31,233 nt of DNA from a virus (Duplodnaviria > Caudoviricetes), in IMG/VR virus record IMGVR_UViG_3300037608_000180, positions 1 through 31,233 of that record. One strand, written 5' to 3'. Shown here piece after piece: positions 18,268-27,031 of the stretch. The notes beneath the pieces were generated by a model, which saw only the letters and a list, made by a program, of their open reading frames with translations, had not been told where the DNA came from and searched no databases. The translations under genes and the position numbers were made by a program. Position 1 is the first letter of the stretch; each line of letters starts with the position of its first letter.

Positions 18268-18888
18268 ATGGATTTAGTCTCAACATTCGGCAAACGATTA
18301 AGCGAGTTTAGGACTGAAAAGGATCTGACACTTGAGGAGCTTGGAAACGTAACCGATATCCCGCCTCAAACACTTAATAGATATGAGCTTGGGCATCGAA
18401 CTCCTAAAGTTGACACCGCAAGCGATATCGCTGTAGCGATCGGTGTTAACCCTTTATGGTTGAATGGTTTTAATGTGCCAGAATACCAGTCTCTTCGACC
18501 GATTGTACGCAAGTCCATTCCTATGCTTGGAAGCATAGCTTGCGGCACTCCGATTTGGGCCGAGGAGCGTTTCGAAGGTTATGTCGATGCGAATGCCGAC
18601 ATCCACGCAGATTATTGTGTTACCGCAGTTGGCGACAGCATGGTAAACGCTCGGATCCTTCATGGGGATGTTGTCTTCATTGAGGAAACAACGAGTGTGG
18701 AGAACGGGCAAATCGCGGTAGTCCTAATAAATGATGAAGTCACGCTCAAGCGGTTTTACAAAGAGGGTGATGTTGTAACGCTGGTTGCGGATAACCCTGC
18801 CTATAGGCCCATGGTGTTTGTTGGAGAACAGCTACGTGGGATGCGTATACTTGGACGCGCTGTAGCGTTTCAGTCTTCGATCAGATAG
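18268..18888 (+). CDS. CI-like repressor (XRE HTH + S24 peptidase)
   Basis: HTH; IACG cleavage-site region, GDSM catalytic Ser, TLKR catalytic Lys; start uncertain (18259 or 18268). Confidence 0.92.
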   Translation: MDLVSTFGKRLSEFRTEKDLTLEELGNVTDIPPQTLNRYELGHRTPKVDTASDIAVAIGVNPLWLNGFNVPEYQSLRPIVRKSIPMLGSIACGTPIWAEERFEGYVDANADIHADYCVTAVGDSMVNARILHGDVVFIEETTSVENGQIAVVLINDEVTLKRFYKEGDVVTLVADNPAYRPMVFVGEQLRGMRILGRAVAFQSSIR

Positions 18889-18937
18889 AAGATAGTTTAC
18901 ATATAAGGCTTCAACATAAGGGCAAGGTGGCGATACT

Positions 18938-20086
18938 ATGGCGAAACAGAAAGATGGTAGACATAGAAATAAAATTACAATTGGTACTAAAGCGGATGGA
19001 AGACCTATTTATAAATGGGCATCTGGACAAACAAAAAAAGAACTCGCGGAAAATCTAAACGAATTACGAAGAACATATATTGGTGGTACAGTTATTCAAC
19101 GAGATGTGCTATTTGGTATCTTCGCCATTGATTGGTATGAGGCAAATAAAAAGCAAAGCTCTAGTCCTGGCACCCGATCTATGTATCGCAGCTTATTGAA
19201 CAGCCATATATTGCCGCAATTTGCCGAACGACAAATTAGAGCGATTACAGCAAACGATCTGCAAAAGTTTATAAATAGCAAAAAATCTCTCGCCGCTTCT
19301 TCCATAAGTAAGTTGCGAATGACTCTATGCCAAATTTTTAGATCTGCCAAAGCTCAACAAATAATTGATGCTGACCCAACTATTTACTTACAAATGCCAT
19401 CAGCAGGTAAAGGGGAGCGACGCGAACTCACTTGCGCTGAACAAAAAGCAGTTTTATCTATCGGACGTTCGCATCCTGATGGTCTGCTTTTGATGGTACT
19501 TTATTTCACTGGATTACGACGAGGAGAGGCACTCGGTTTGCAATGGGGAGATATTAATTTCGCTGAAAAATCCCTAACTGTCCACCGTGACTTAGATTTT
19601 ATAACCGGAGATATAGGACCACTTAAGACGAAGTCGGCTTACCGCACGATCCCTCTCCCTGACGAATTATTGGATGCCATGCACCTCTGCAGAGGTCTTC
19701 CCAATGTGTTTGTTTTCCAATCGCGATCCGGTGACCAGCTTCAACAAAGCACATATCAAAGACTGTGGAGAAGGCTTATGAGCGCTGTATTCCAATTTGA
19801 TAGCAGCATTGAACATAGACATACTAAATTGCAAAATGGCAAAATTAGACGTAAGAATGTAAACGCAGTTGAGCAAATGATTTGCGTTTCAATACTAACT
19901 CCACACTATTTTAGACACAATTATGCTTCGCTACTTTATGAAGCAGGTATCGATGTAATCAGCGCGAAAGAATGGCTTGGACATTCTGATGTCGTGACAA
20001 CACTTCGAATATATACGCACTTATCTGATAGGAAAAAGAAAGTAAACGCCGATAGATTACGAGACGTTTTTAGAAATACGCAATAG
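18938..20086 (+). CDS. int: Tyrosine integrase
   Basis: TGLRRGE (R), KTK (K), HYFRH, LGH, IYTH (Y). Confidence 0.95.
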   Translation: MAKQKDGRHRNKITIGTKADGRPIYKWASGQTKKELAENLNELRRTYIGGTVIQRDVLFGIFAIDWYEANKKQSSSPGTRSMYRSLLNSHILPQFAERQIRAITANDLQKFINSKKSLAASSISKLRMTLCQIFRSAKAQQIIDADPTIYLQMPSAGKGERRELTCAEQKAVLSIGRSHPDGLLLMVLYFTGLRRGEALGLQWGDINFAEKSLTVHRDLDFITGDIGPLKTKSAYRTIPLPDELLDAMHLCRGLPNVFVFQSRSGDQLQQSTYQRLWRRLMSAVFQFDSSIEHRHTKLQNGKIRRKNVNAVEQMICVSILTPHYFRHNYASLLYEAGIDVISAKEWLGHSDVVTTLRIYTHLSDRKKKVNADRLRDVFRNTQ

Positions 20087-20090
20087 TCGC

Positions 20091-20111
20091 TGGCAACTTT
20101 TTGGCAACTTT
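20091..20111 (+). repeat. Tandem TGGCAACTTT x2, likely integrase arm-type sites
   Basis: Exact 10-mer at 20091 and 20102 (11-bp period) between int and the att core. Confidence 0.6.
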
Positions 20112-20214
20112 AATAAATTTCTACCCATTTCTGTATGATTGTTATTTTGAAAATAGCGGCTAATCTGGGCACATTTTCATGCATTCGATAATATGCATCC
20201 TTCGATAATCTTGC

Positions 20215-20259
20215 CTACGAATCAATAGGTCGTGGGTTCAAATCCCTTTTGGTACACCA
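20215..20259 (+). other. att site: 3' half of tRNA-Arg(ACG)
   Basis: CT-ACG-AA anticodon loop, GGGTTCAAATCCC T-arm, TGGTACACCA end; no 5' half upstream. Confidence 0.85.
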
Positions 20260-20317
20260 GTAAGAAAGCCTCCTATGGGCTGCTTTTTTGCTTGCCTGCC
20301 AAGAGGGGCGCTGGAAC

Positions 20318-20480
20318 CCATTTGTTGTGCAGTAACAATGGGGAGCCTTTAGCCGACCGCGCGGCGGGCGGTATCCCGACTGGTACCAGTAGGAGTTAAC
20401 GAATTCCATTTGTTGTGAAACAACAATAGTGACGCTTTTAGCCGACCGCGTAGCGGGCGGTATCCCGACTGGTACACCCA
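20318..20480 (+). repeat. Two tandem ~88-bp units ending in tRNA-3'-end mimics
   Basis: 39-bp core 37/39 identical (20348-20386 vs 20437-20475); shared CCATTTGTTGTG at 20318 and 20406. Confidence 0.8.
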
Positions 20481-20540
20481 CGGAGAATGCTAAGGCGTTC
20501 TCCGTGTTTTTCAGAAGCCGTCCGAAGAGGTGGCTTTACA

Positions 20541-20570
20541 TTGACAACCCCCTTCGCCAAGCCTTATAGT
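20541..20570 (+). promoter_or_regulatory. sigma70-type promoter
   Basis: TTGACA-18 nt-TATAGT. Confidence 0.6.
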
Positions 20571-20671
20571 TCAAGTGACGATCGGGGGCGTTTGGACGTT
20601 TACCCTGACGCATTCCCTTTGAATTTTCCCCTACAGGTTTACGCATTATTTGTTCGAGAGGTGTTTGCGCG

Positions 20672-22027
20672 ATGATTGATTTCACGACGATGTCCTATGA
20701 CGAGCTGCTAAAAGACGGCGGTCATGCCTGCGACTGCGGCATGGTGCATGCCGCGACGCTCAAATACCTGAAAATCGGGCCGGGCGTGGTGGCGCATGTT
20801 CCCGAGGCACTGCAAACGTTCGGCTTTAAAAAACCGTTCATTGTGTGCGACCCCGACACCTATAAGGCCGCGGGGGAAAGGGTTGTTGAAATCGTCAAGG
20901 CCGCGGGGTACAAGCACACGCTGTTCGTCTTCCCCGTTGAGCCGGGCGTCCACCTTGAGCCGGACGAGTTCACCGTTGGCAGCGCTGCGATGGCGTTTGA
21001 CCCCTCCTGCGACGTCGTGCTGGCCGTGGGCTCGGGCGTGATCAACGACACGTGCAAGGTGCTCTCCCACATTGCCAAAATTCCGTCCATTGTGGTGGGC
21101 ACGGCCCCGTCGATGGACGGCTACGCGTCCAACTCCTCGTCGATGGTGCAAAACGGCCTCAAGGTCAGCCTGTACAACGACTGCCCGATTGCCATCATCG
21201 CGGACCTTGACATCATGAAACAAGCGCCGCTTCGCATGCTCATGGCGGGGCTTGGCGACGTGCTGGCCAAATGCGTCGCGCTGTGCGACTGGCGCATTGC
21301 CGAGATTGTCGTCGGCGAAGCGTACTGCGAACCGCTCGCGCAGCTGATGCGGTTCTGCGTTCAAAAATGCCTTGACAACGCGGAGGGGCTGATGCGTCGC
21401 GAACCCGAAGCCGTCCGCAGCGTGATTGAAGGGCTGGTTCTCTCCGGCATCGCGATGGCGTTTGCGGGTTCCTCCCGCCCCGCCTCCGGCCTTGAACATT
21501 ATTTCTCCCACATGTGGGAGATGGTGACGCTTCAGCGCCACATGCCAACCGAGCTCCACGGCATTCAGGTTGGCGTGGGCACCTGCCTGTGCCTGCCGCT
21601 GTACCAGCATTTGCGCACCGTAACGCCCGATAAGGCGCAGGCGCTAGGCAAGCGCGCGGCCTTCTCACAGGCAAAGTGGGAAGAAGAGATGACGCGCATA
21701 TTCAAGAGCGTGGCGCCGTCGATCATCAACGGCGAGCGCAATCTGTGGCACAAGAACGACGCGGACGGCCACGCAAAACGCCTGGCCGTGATCATTGATC
21801 GCTGGGACGACATTGTCCGCAGCGTCGTTGAGGAGCTGCCGGATGCGGATGCCACGATTGCGCGCCTGAAATCGCTTTACGTTCCCACCACACCGCAGGA
21901 GATCGGCTTTAGCCACGAGGACACGATTGACGCCTTTGTGGCCTCCCGCGAGATACGCAACAAATACCTCGTCTCAAGCCTGCTGTGGGACATCGGGCTT
22001 CTCGACGAGTTCACCCAATACCTGTAA
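20672..22027 (+). CDS. egsA: sn-glycerol-1-phosphate dehydrogenase (AraM/EgsA family)
   Basis: CDCGMVH, GSGVIND, TAPSMDGYAS, AGLGD, SRPASGLEHYFSH, HGIQV. Confidence 0.9.
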   Translation: MIDFTTMSYDELLKDGGHACDCGMVHAATLKYLKIGPGVVAHVPEALQTFGFKKPFIVCDPDTYKAAGERVVEIVKAAGYKHTLFVFPVEPGVHLEPDEFTVGSAAMAFDPSCDVVLAVGSGVINDTCKVLSHIAKIPSIVVGTAPSMDGYASNSSSMVQNGLKVSLYNDCPIAIIADLDIMKQAPLRMLMAGLGDVLAKCVALCDWRIAEIVVGEAYCEPLAQLMRFCVQKCLDNAEGLMRREPEAVRSVIEGLVLSGIAMAFAGSSRPASGLEHYFSHMWEMVTLQRHMPTELHGIQVGVGTCLCLPLYQHLRTVTPDKAQALGKRAAFSQAKWEEEMTRIFKSVAPSIINGERNLWHKNDADGHAKRLAVIIDRWDDIVRSVVEELPDADATIARLKSLYVPTTPQEIGFSHEDTIDAFVASREIRNKYLVSSLLWDIGLLDEFTQYL

Positions 22028-22040
22028 ACCCTGCCCTCCA

Positions 22041-22072
22041 AAAAGCCCGAAACGCTTTGGTTTCGGGCTTTT
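22041..22072. terminator. Bidirectional intrinsic terminator
   Basis: AAAAGCCCGAAAC-GCTTTG-GTTTCGGGCTTTT between convergent genes. Confidence 0.85.
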
Positions 22073-22142
22073 CGTTTGTCTGGGGAAATCCCCCCTCGCC
22101 GTGCATTTTGTCCCTTTGTGGGCTTTACGGGCGCTCACGCGC

Positions 22143-22793
22143 TCATTTCTTTTTGCCGCGCTTCTGGTAATCCGCCTCGACGGCTTCATTCCAGTTTTCC
22201 ATCGACTTGTTCGCGCGAAGGTTGCTGACCGCGCTTGACACGGCCTGGTAGTTGAGCTTGGTGCCGACGCTGTCGGCGTTGTAGTTGGAGGCGCGGCTCT
22301 TGTCGATGCCGATGCGGGCGGCGGTGTCGACGGCGTCGATATTGGCGCCAAGGAAGATGAACTCCCAGCCGTACCGTTCCTTTTGGCGGTCGATGAGGCC
22401 CTTGACCTTCTCAAAGGTGTATTCCCTGCTCGCGTTCTCCATGCCGTCGGTCGTGATGACGAACATCACCTTTTCGGCGCGCTCGCCTTCGCCCGTGTTC
22501 GCCTGAACGCTGCCGATCTTTTGAATTGTCTTGCCCACGGCGTCGAGAAGCGCGGTCGAACCTTCGACAAAGTACTCCTTCGCCGTGATGGGGTTTACAC
22601 CCCTGATGTTGATGCGGTCATGGAGCAGCACGTACTTGTCGTCAAAGAGAACGGTGGTGACGACGGCGTCGCCCGGTTCCTTCTTCTGCTTGTCCAGCAT
22701 GGCGTTGAACCCGCCGATCGTGTCGCTCTCAAGGCCCGCCATCGACCCGCTCTTGTCGAGAATGAACACCAGTTCTACCAAATCCTTTTTCAT
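22143..22793 (-). CDS. Stand-alone vWA domain protein
   Basis: MIDAS DKSGS, TALLDA, TDGMENAS, WEFIFLGANID. Confidence 0.9.
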   Translation of the reverse strand: MKKDLVELVFILDKSGSMAGLESDTIGGFNAMLDKQKKEPGDAVVTTVLFDDKYVLLHDRINIRGVNPITAKEYFVEGSTALLDAVGKTIQKIGSVQANTGEGERAEKVMFVITTDGMENASREYTFEKVKGLIDRQKERYGWEFIFLGANIDAVDTAARIGIDKSRASNYNADSVGTKLNYQAVSSAVSNLRANKSMENWNEAVEADYQKRGKKK

Positions 22794-22824
22794 TTTAATT
22801 GCCTCCTTTTGTTTCTCTGTACCC

Positions 22825-22872
22825 AGAATAAGGCAATTTGAACAAAAAAAGGTCGCCCGCCAGGCGACCTTT
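22825..22872 (-). promoter_or_regulatory. Palindrome (operator and/or terminator) plus -10 box upstream of vWA gene
   Basis: AAAGGTCGCC-TGGCG-GGCGACCTTT-TTTT, then TATTCT, then SD AAGGAGG. Confidence 0.6.
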
Positions 22873-22893
22873 GAAGGCGCTGTGAACCGGTTT

Positions 22894-23904
22894 TCAGACC
22901 CCCATCATCTGCTGATTGAAGGCAAAAAGCGTTTCGTTGATCTCGAAGATGTTGTGGTTTCCCTCCACGATGAAATACTCGACGATCAGGTCGAACAGGT
23001 TACTGTGCGAAAGCGCGAAGCCCGCCCGCAACAGCAGGTCCTTCGTCTCGTCAAGGTTCAGTTCCAGCGCGATGGCAAGCGCGACGGCGGTCTGCTTGCC
23101 CGGCCTGTAGTGCACGTCGCTTCTGATTTTGGAAAAATGCTTCTTGTCGATGTTCGCCCGCTTGTACACGACGGCGTCGGTCCTCCCCTTCTCGTCGATG
23201 AGGCGAAGCAGCGCCTGCGAAAAGGTTTCCTCGAGCTGCTTTGGAAGGTCCTCGAGCGAACGCTTTTCGGAAAACGCGGCGGGCGCGACTTGATTGAAGA
23301 CCATCATCTGGTCAACGGACTTGTCCGCACGCTGCAGCCTGTCAATGCGCCGTGACGTGCGGGCCATGCGGGTGTCGACATAGCGGTCGTCGATATATTC
23401 CTGAACCGAATTATACAGCTTTTCGCTTAGAACGAACGCGGCCTTGTCGTAGACGACCAAATACACCGTCATGTCGTGCTCGAAGAGGAAGGAGCCGATG
23501 GCGGCGATTGCCACCTGCAGCGCTCTGTCCTTCGGGTAGCCGAAGATCCCCGACGAGATAAGCGGGAATGCGACGGACTCGAGATTGTGCGCCGCTGCGA
23601 GTTTAAGCGCGTTCGTGTAGCAATCGGCAAGCTTCCGGTCCTCGCCGTGTTTCCCCCCGTGCCAGACGGGGCCGACGGTGTGGATGATGTATTTGGCCGG
23701 GAGGTCGAAGCCCGGTGTGATGACCGCATGGCCAACCTCGCACCCGCCGATTTTCGCGCATTCCTCCCTTAGCCTGTCAGCGCCAGCGGCGGCAAAGATG
23801 GCCCCGCACACGCCGCCGCCCTGCATGAGTTCGGTGTTCGCGGCGTTGACGATGGCGTCTGCGTGCACCTTGGTGATATCGTTGCGAATGATGTCAAGCG
23901 GCAT
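22894..23904 (-). CDS. Macro domain (ADP-ribose binding/hydrolase) fused to C-terminal XRE-like HTH
   Basis: DITK..DAIVNAAN..GGGVCGAI, IIHTVGP, FPLISSGIFGYP; C-terminal VYKRANIDKKHFSKIR. Confidence 0.9.
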   Translation of the reverse strand: MPLDIIRNDITKVHADAIVNAANTELMQGGGVCGAIFAAAGADRLREECAKIGGCEVGHAVITPGFDLPAKYIIHTVGPVWHGGKHGEDRKLADCYTNALKLAAAHNLESVAFPLISSGIFGYPKDRALQVAIAAIGSFLFEHDMTVYLVVYDKAAFVLSEKLYNSVQEYIDDRYVDTRMARTSRRIDRLQRADKSVDQMMVFNQVAPAAFSEKRSLEDLPKQLEETFSQALLRLIDEKGRTDAVVYKRANIDKKHFSKIRSDVHYRPGKQTAVALAIALELNLDETKDLLLRAGFALSHSNLFDLIVEYFIVEGNHNIFEINETLFAFNQQMMGV

Positions 23905-23928
23905 GGCAATCTCCTATAATTTCTGTTG

Positions 23929-25047
23929 TCATTTTAAATACGTCCTCTTGCTCTTGGCGGGTCCCCGGAAGTTCGTTGCAAGCGCCACGGCGAGCGACTT
24001 GACCGCCTGCATCACCATCTGCCGGGTCTCCTCGTCAGCGGACTTGTACGCCTTGATCATGGAAAGCGCGCCCTTAAACCATGCGCCCTCGAGTAATTCG
24101 CCGACGGTGGTGGCGTTCATGGAGCCAACGGCAGAGAACAGGACATCGACGAAAAGCGCACGCTTCTCGTCCGTCTGTGTGCTGAGCCAGCCGTTGAGCG
24201 TGCGGTCGAAATACCGCGCGCTGTCGGACAGGCGCACGGCATAGCGGAAATCGCGGCCGTCCACGACCCACGAAAACGGATCGTGCTGCATGATGCCAAA
24301 GCGGTTGCTCTCCACCACGTAATGGCGCTCCTGGTTGTGCATGAGCATCCCTATGAGTGAGGACTGCGGCACGGTCTTGTGGAGTATGGGCTCGAGGCGG
24401 GCAAAACCGCCGCTCTCCAGGACCTCGCTGCGAAAGCCCGGCCCGTCGTGGCTGAAAACCCGTTGTATGCGACACTTCACCGACGCGTCGCAGTGCATCG
24501 CGGCATAGACAGCGATGTTGCCGCCCTTGGAATGCCCGCCGACGCGGATCGCCGTCTCCGGATAACGCTTAGCGACTTCGTTTAGAAACCGCACGCCCTC
24601 CTCCTGCGAGGGGACGGGGCTTTTAAACCCCATGTTGAAGTCCTCTTTCCAGCCGACGACGGTACCGTCCGTGCCGCGAAAGGCGATATAGGCGACCTTG
24701 TCGCCAAGGCCGAAGGTCACGGCGGAAAACTGGTGCTCCAACCCGATGTCGGTTTTGGCAACGTAGTAGTTCATCCGCACGTCGCGAAAGCGCGGGCTGG
24801 CCGCCAAGGCATTGAGCAGCCTTCTGTTGTTTTCGGTGTCGCGCACATTTTTGAACATTGTAGGGTAATGCTCTGCCTTCAGAAGGTCCCTGATTCTAAC
24901 CGACGGCGCACCGTCGTATAGCCCGGGCACGACGCCTTCGAAGCGGATATAGGCAAACTGGGACAGCACCAGGCTGTCCACGGGGCCAAACGGCGCCGTG
25001 ACCATTGTGTCCAGCACCTTTTCGGCGTAATCGATGATGTTGTCCAT
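23929..25047 (-). CDS. DUF2974 / Mbeg1-like lipase-fold protein
   Basis: AFRGTD..GWKEDF, GHSKGG nucleophile elbow, DGPG, QHD; start MDNII after GGAGG. Confidence 0.85.
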   Translation of the reverse strand: MDNIIDYAEKVLDTMVTAPFGPVDSLVLSQFAYIRFEGVVPGLYDGAPSVRIRDLLKAEHYPTMFKNVRDTENNRRLLNALAASPRFRDVRMNYYVAKTDIGLEHQFSAVTFGLGDKVAYIAFRGTDGTVVGWKEDFNMGFKSPVPSQEEGVRFLNEVAKRYPETAIRVGGHSKGGNIAVYAAMHCDASVKCRIQRVFSHDGPGFRSEVLESGGFARLEPILHKTVPQSSLIGMLMHNQERHYVVESNRFGIMQHDPFSWVVDGRDFRYAVRLSDSARYFDRTLNGWLSTQTDEKRALFVDVLFSAVGSMNATTVGELLEGAWFKGALSMIKAYKSADEETRQMVMQAVKSLAVALATNFRGPAKSKRTYLK

Positions 25048-25142
25048 GCGGCGTCCTCCCCTCAACCTGTTTACCGCATTCATTGTATCATTTCTCTTCA
25101 CCGATGCATACGGCACCGGTAAAACGGCAAAAGGAGACAAGA

Positions 25143-25162
25143 CAGCCCGCCGGAGCGGGCTG
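25143..25162 (-). terminator. Possible terminator hairpin after vanW-like gene
   Basis: CAGCCCGC-CGGA-GCGGGCTG; weak U-tract. Confidence 0.4.
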
Positions 25163-25213
25163 CCATCCCATTGCGTCTGTTTGTTACAGGCCGGCTAAGG
25201 GATAATGCGCGCA

Positions 25214-26659
25214 TCACGTTGGCGATGGCGCCGGGGACGGGGACGGCGTGGACAAGTCGAGCTCATGGGGCGGATTGCCCTTATACACGCTGGTGTTGAC
25301 CCTCTCGCGCCTTATCTCCTTGCCGTTCGCGTCACGGTAGATCTTCCATACTTCGCTTTTGTAGTAATCGCGCCCCTTGCGCACCTGATTGGGATCGGCG
25401 ACCTTTACGATAACGAGGGGATCGAATGGGATATGAACCTTGTCGATGCTTACCAATTCGATGACCATGCCGTTTTGCAGCGGACAACCGTATATTTCGG
25501 CGACAACCTTCTTCTTGATCCCGGCACCCGTCCCGTTGGGCTCCTCTACACGCAGCACGAGGTAAACGGGCCATTTCGTGTTGTTCCTGAACTTCAGATC
25601 CGGCCCGCCGGTGTTGACGGTCGCGTCGAGTCCTCTTTGGACATAGCCGGACGGAATGCTGTGCGGCCTTCGCTCGGTAATCTCGAGGTCAGCCTTGAGC
25701 AGCGAATCGTAGAGCGTGGTGCTGACCTGGCAGATGCCGCCGCCGTACTGGTCGGTGTAGATACCATTTTCCAGACCCTTGGCCAATTCCCACCCGTTCT
25801 CCGCGTTTCTGGGCCCGGCCTTGTCGTTTACGGAGAATTCCTCACCGGGCAGAATGACGCTGCCGGAGAGGATGCCGCACATCTTGTTGATGTTGAAACC
25901 GCGGCCCTTTTTCGTGTTGTCATCAAACACGGTGGACGTTGAGGCGATCAGCTTGGTGTTGTCTTGAATCTGCCGCGTGCTGAATTTCGGGGGAAGCGGC
26001 GTCCCCGGCAACGCCACGGGTCCGAACGAACCGTCCTCCACTGCCGCCCTGACGCTGGAGACAAACGCCGGCACATCGATACTCACGCCGTCCTTGCCGT
26101 CGGTGACGGTGAGCTTGCCGTCCGAAACGCTCACGCTTGGCTCGCGCGGCGTGGTGTCCAATTTTTCTGCAGCGCTTTTGATGCTTGCCTCCAGCGTATT
26201 CGCGTCATAGGTATAACCCAACGTGAGCCCCAGGGTCGTACCGCTTGCGGCGGCGATTTTGCGGGCCGAAATGCCGCCCTCTCGTCCCAAGCGCATGGCC
26301 TTGCGAATGGTATCGTCGGCGTTCGGGTAAACACCGATCTTTTGGGCTGGCAGAAGTTCGGTTCTGTCCGGGTATTTGAGCTTCACGGAAAGTTCCGCGG
26401 ACATTTGAACCACCCTGTCGTTGATGGCGGCGCGTGCCTGCGCCGGCGTCATGCCGCTGATGTTCACGCCGTCGATGCTCACCGTGGGCAGGATGACCCC
26501 CGAATCGAAGAGCACCTGCATCTTGTTCTGCGCGGGAACCGCACCGAGAAGCAGCGCGTAGCTCCCGAACCCCAATGCCGCGAGCACCAGAAGGATGAAC
26601 GCTGCGCGTACGAATTTGAGCAAATTCCCTTTGCTTTTCTTTTTTTCTCCCTTTGCCAT
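25214..26659 (-). CDS. VanW-family membrane-anchored protein (PG-binding region, VanW domain, G5-like end)
   Basis: N-terminal TM; PGEEFSVN, GGGICQVSTTLY, RRPHS, GLDATV, DLKFRN. Confidence 0.9.
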   Translation of the reverse strand: MAKGEKKKSKGNLLKFVRAAFILLVLAALGFGSYALLLGAVPAQNKMQVLFDSGVILPTVSIDGVNISGMTPAQARAAINDRVVQMSAELSVKLKYPDRTELLPAQKIGVYPNADDTIRKAMRLGREGGISARKIAAASGTTLGLTLGYTYDANTLEASIKSAAEKLDTTPREPSVSVSDGKLTVTDGKDGVSIDVPAFVSSVRAAVEDGSFGPVALPGTPLPPKFSTRQIQDNTKLIASTSTVFDDNTKKGRGFNINKMCGILSGSVILPGEEFSVNDKAGPRNAENGWELAKGLENGIYTDQYGGGICQVSTTLYDSLLKADLEITERRPHSIPSGYVQRGLDATVNTGGPDLKFRNNTKWPVYLVLRVEEPNGTGAGIKKKVVAEIYGCPLQNGMVIELVSIDKVHIPFDPLVIVKVADPNQVRKGRDYYKSEVWKIYRDANGKEIRRERVNTSVYKGNPPHELDLSTPSPSPAPSPT

Positions 26660-26802
26660 GACTCTCTCCTACAGGCAGACGAAAAAGGCCGCAACAAACT
26701 GCAGCCCCATTTGCCCCATTTTCCGTCGATGCGAACACAGATGATCCATTCGTTTCCCGTTTTCCATTGACCCGCTTCTTCATTCGCAAGTAGTCTGACT
26801 TT

Positions 26803-26831
26803 ATAATAACCCGGCATGCCCGTATATGCAA
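26803..26831 (-). promoter_or_regulatory. Putative sigma70 promoter for vanW-like gene
   Basis: TTGCAT-17 nt-TATTAT. Confidence 0.45.
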
Positions 26832-27031
26832 TAATATTTAACTAATTTAACACATTGTATTCATTTATGAACTTTGGTTTAATCATTTGCAACGATTTAA
26901 AGCATTTCGGATAAAATTCTATCCTTGATGCCAGCCATAGGAAAAGGACCTCCCGCTTAGCGTTAGGCCCTTTTCCCGCGAATCCGATGATCCGCTTCCC
27001 TCTCCCCCGATGCAAGGTTAAGACTATTTAT

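Larger units (their letters stand above)
1..20259. mobile_element. Temperate HK97-like siphovirus prophage (right part; continues left of the window)
   Basis: Contiguous tail-head-packaging-early-lysogeny gene order ending at an integrase and a tRNA 3' fragment; host-type genes follow. Confidence 0.95.

Noticed and set aside
18235-18888. Host lexA
   Set aside because: XRE-type HTH and position between cro and int indicate a phage CI
20185-20259. Intact tRNA gene
   Set aside because: No D-arm or 5' acceptor strand; anticodon stem is broken on the 5' side
20318-20480. CRISPR array
   Set aside because: Only two copies, the inter-repeat sequences are themselves similar, and there are no cas genes in the window
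25214-26659. Vancomycin resistance locus
   Set aside because: Lone VanW-family gene; no vanHAX/vanRS nearby
26660-26800. Riboswitch in the vanW-like leader (AAATGGGGC x2)
   Set aside because: No recognisable aptamer consensus; would need an Rfam search
20708-26831. Long antisense ORFs (20708..21610, 22531..23355, 25205..25942, 25964..26770; also 3586..4335)
   Set aside because: Shadows of well-supported genes in GC-rich DNA, with no motifs
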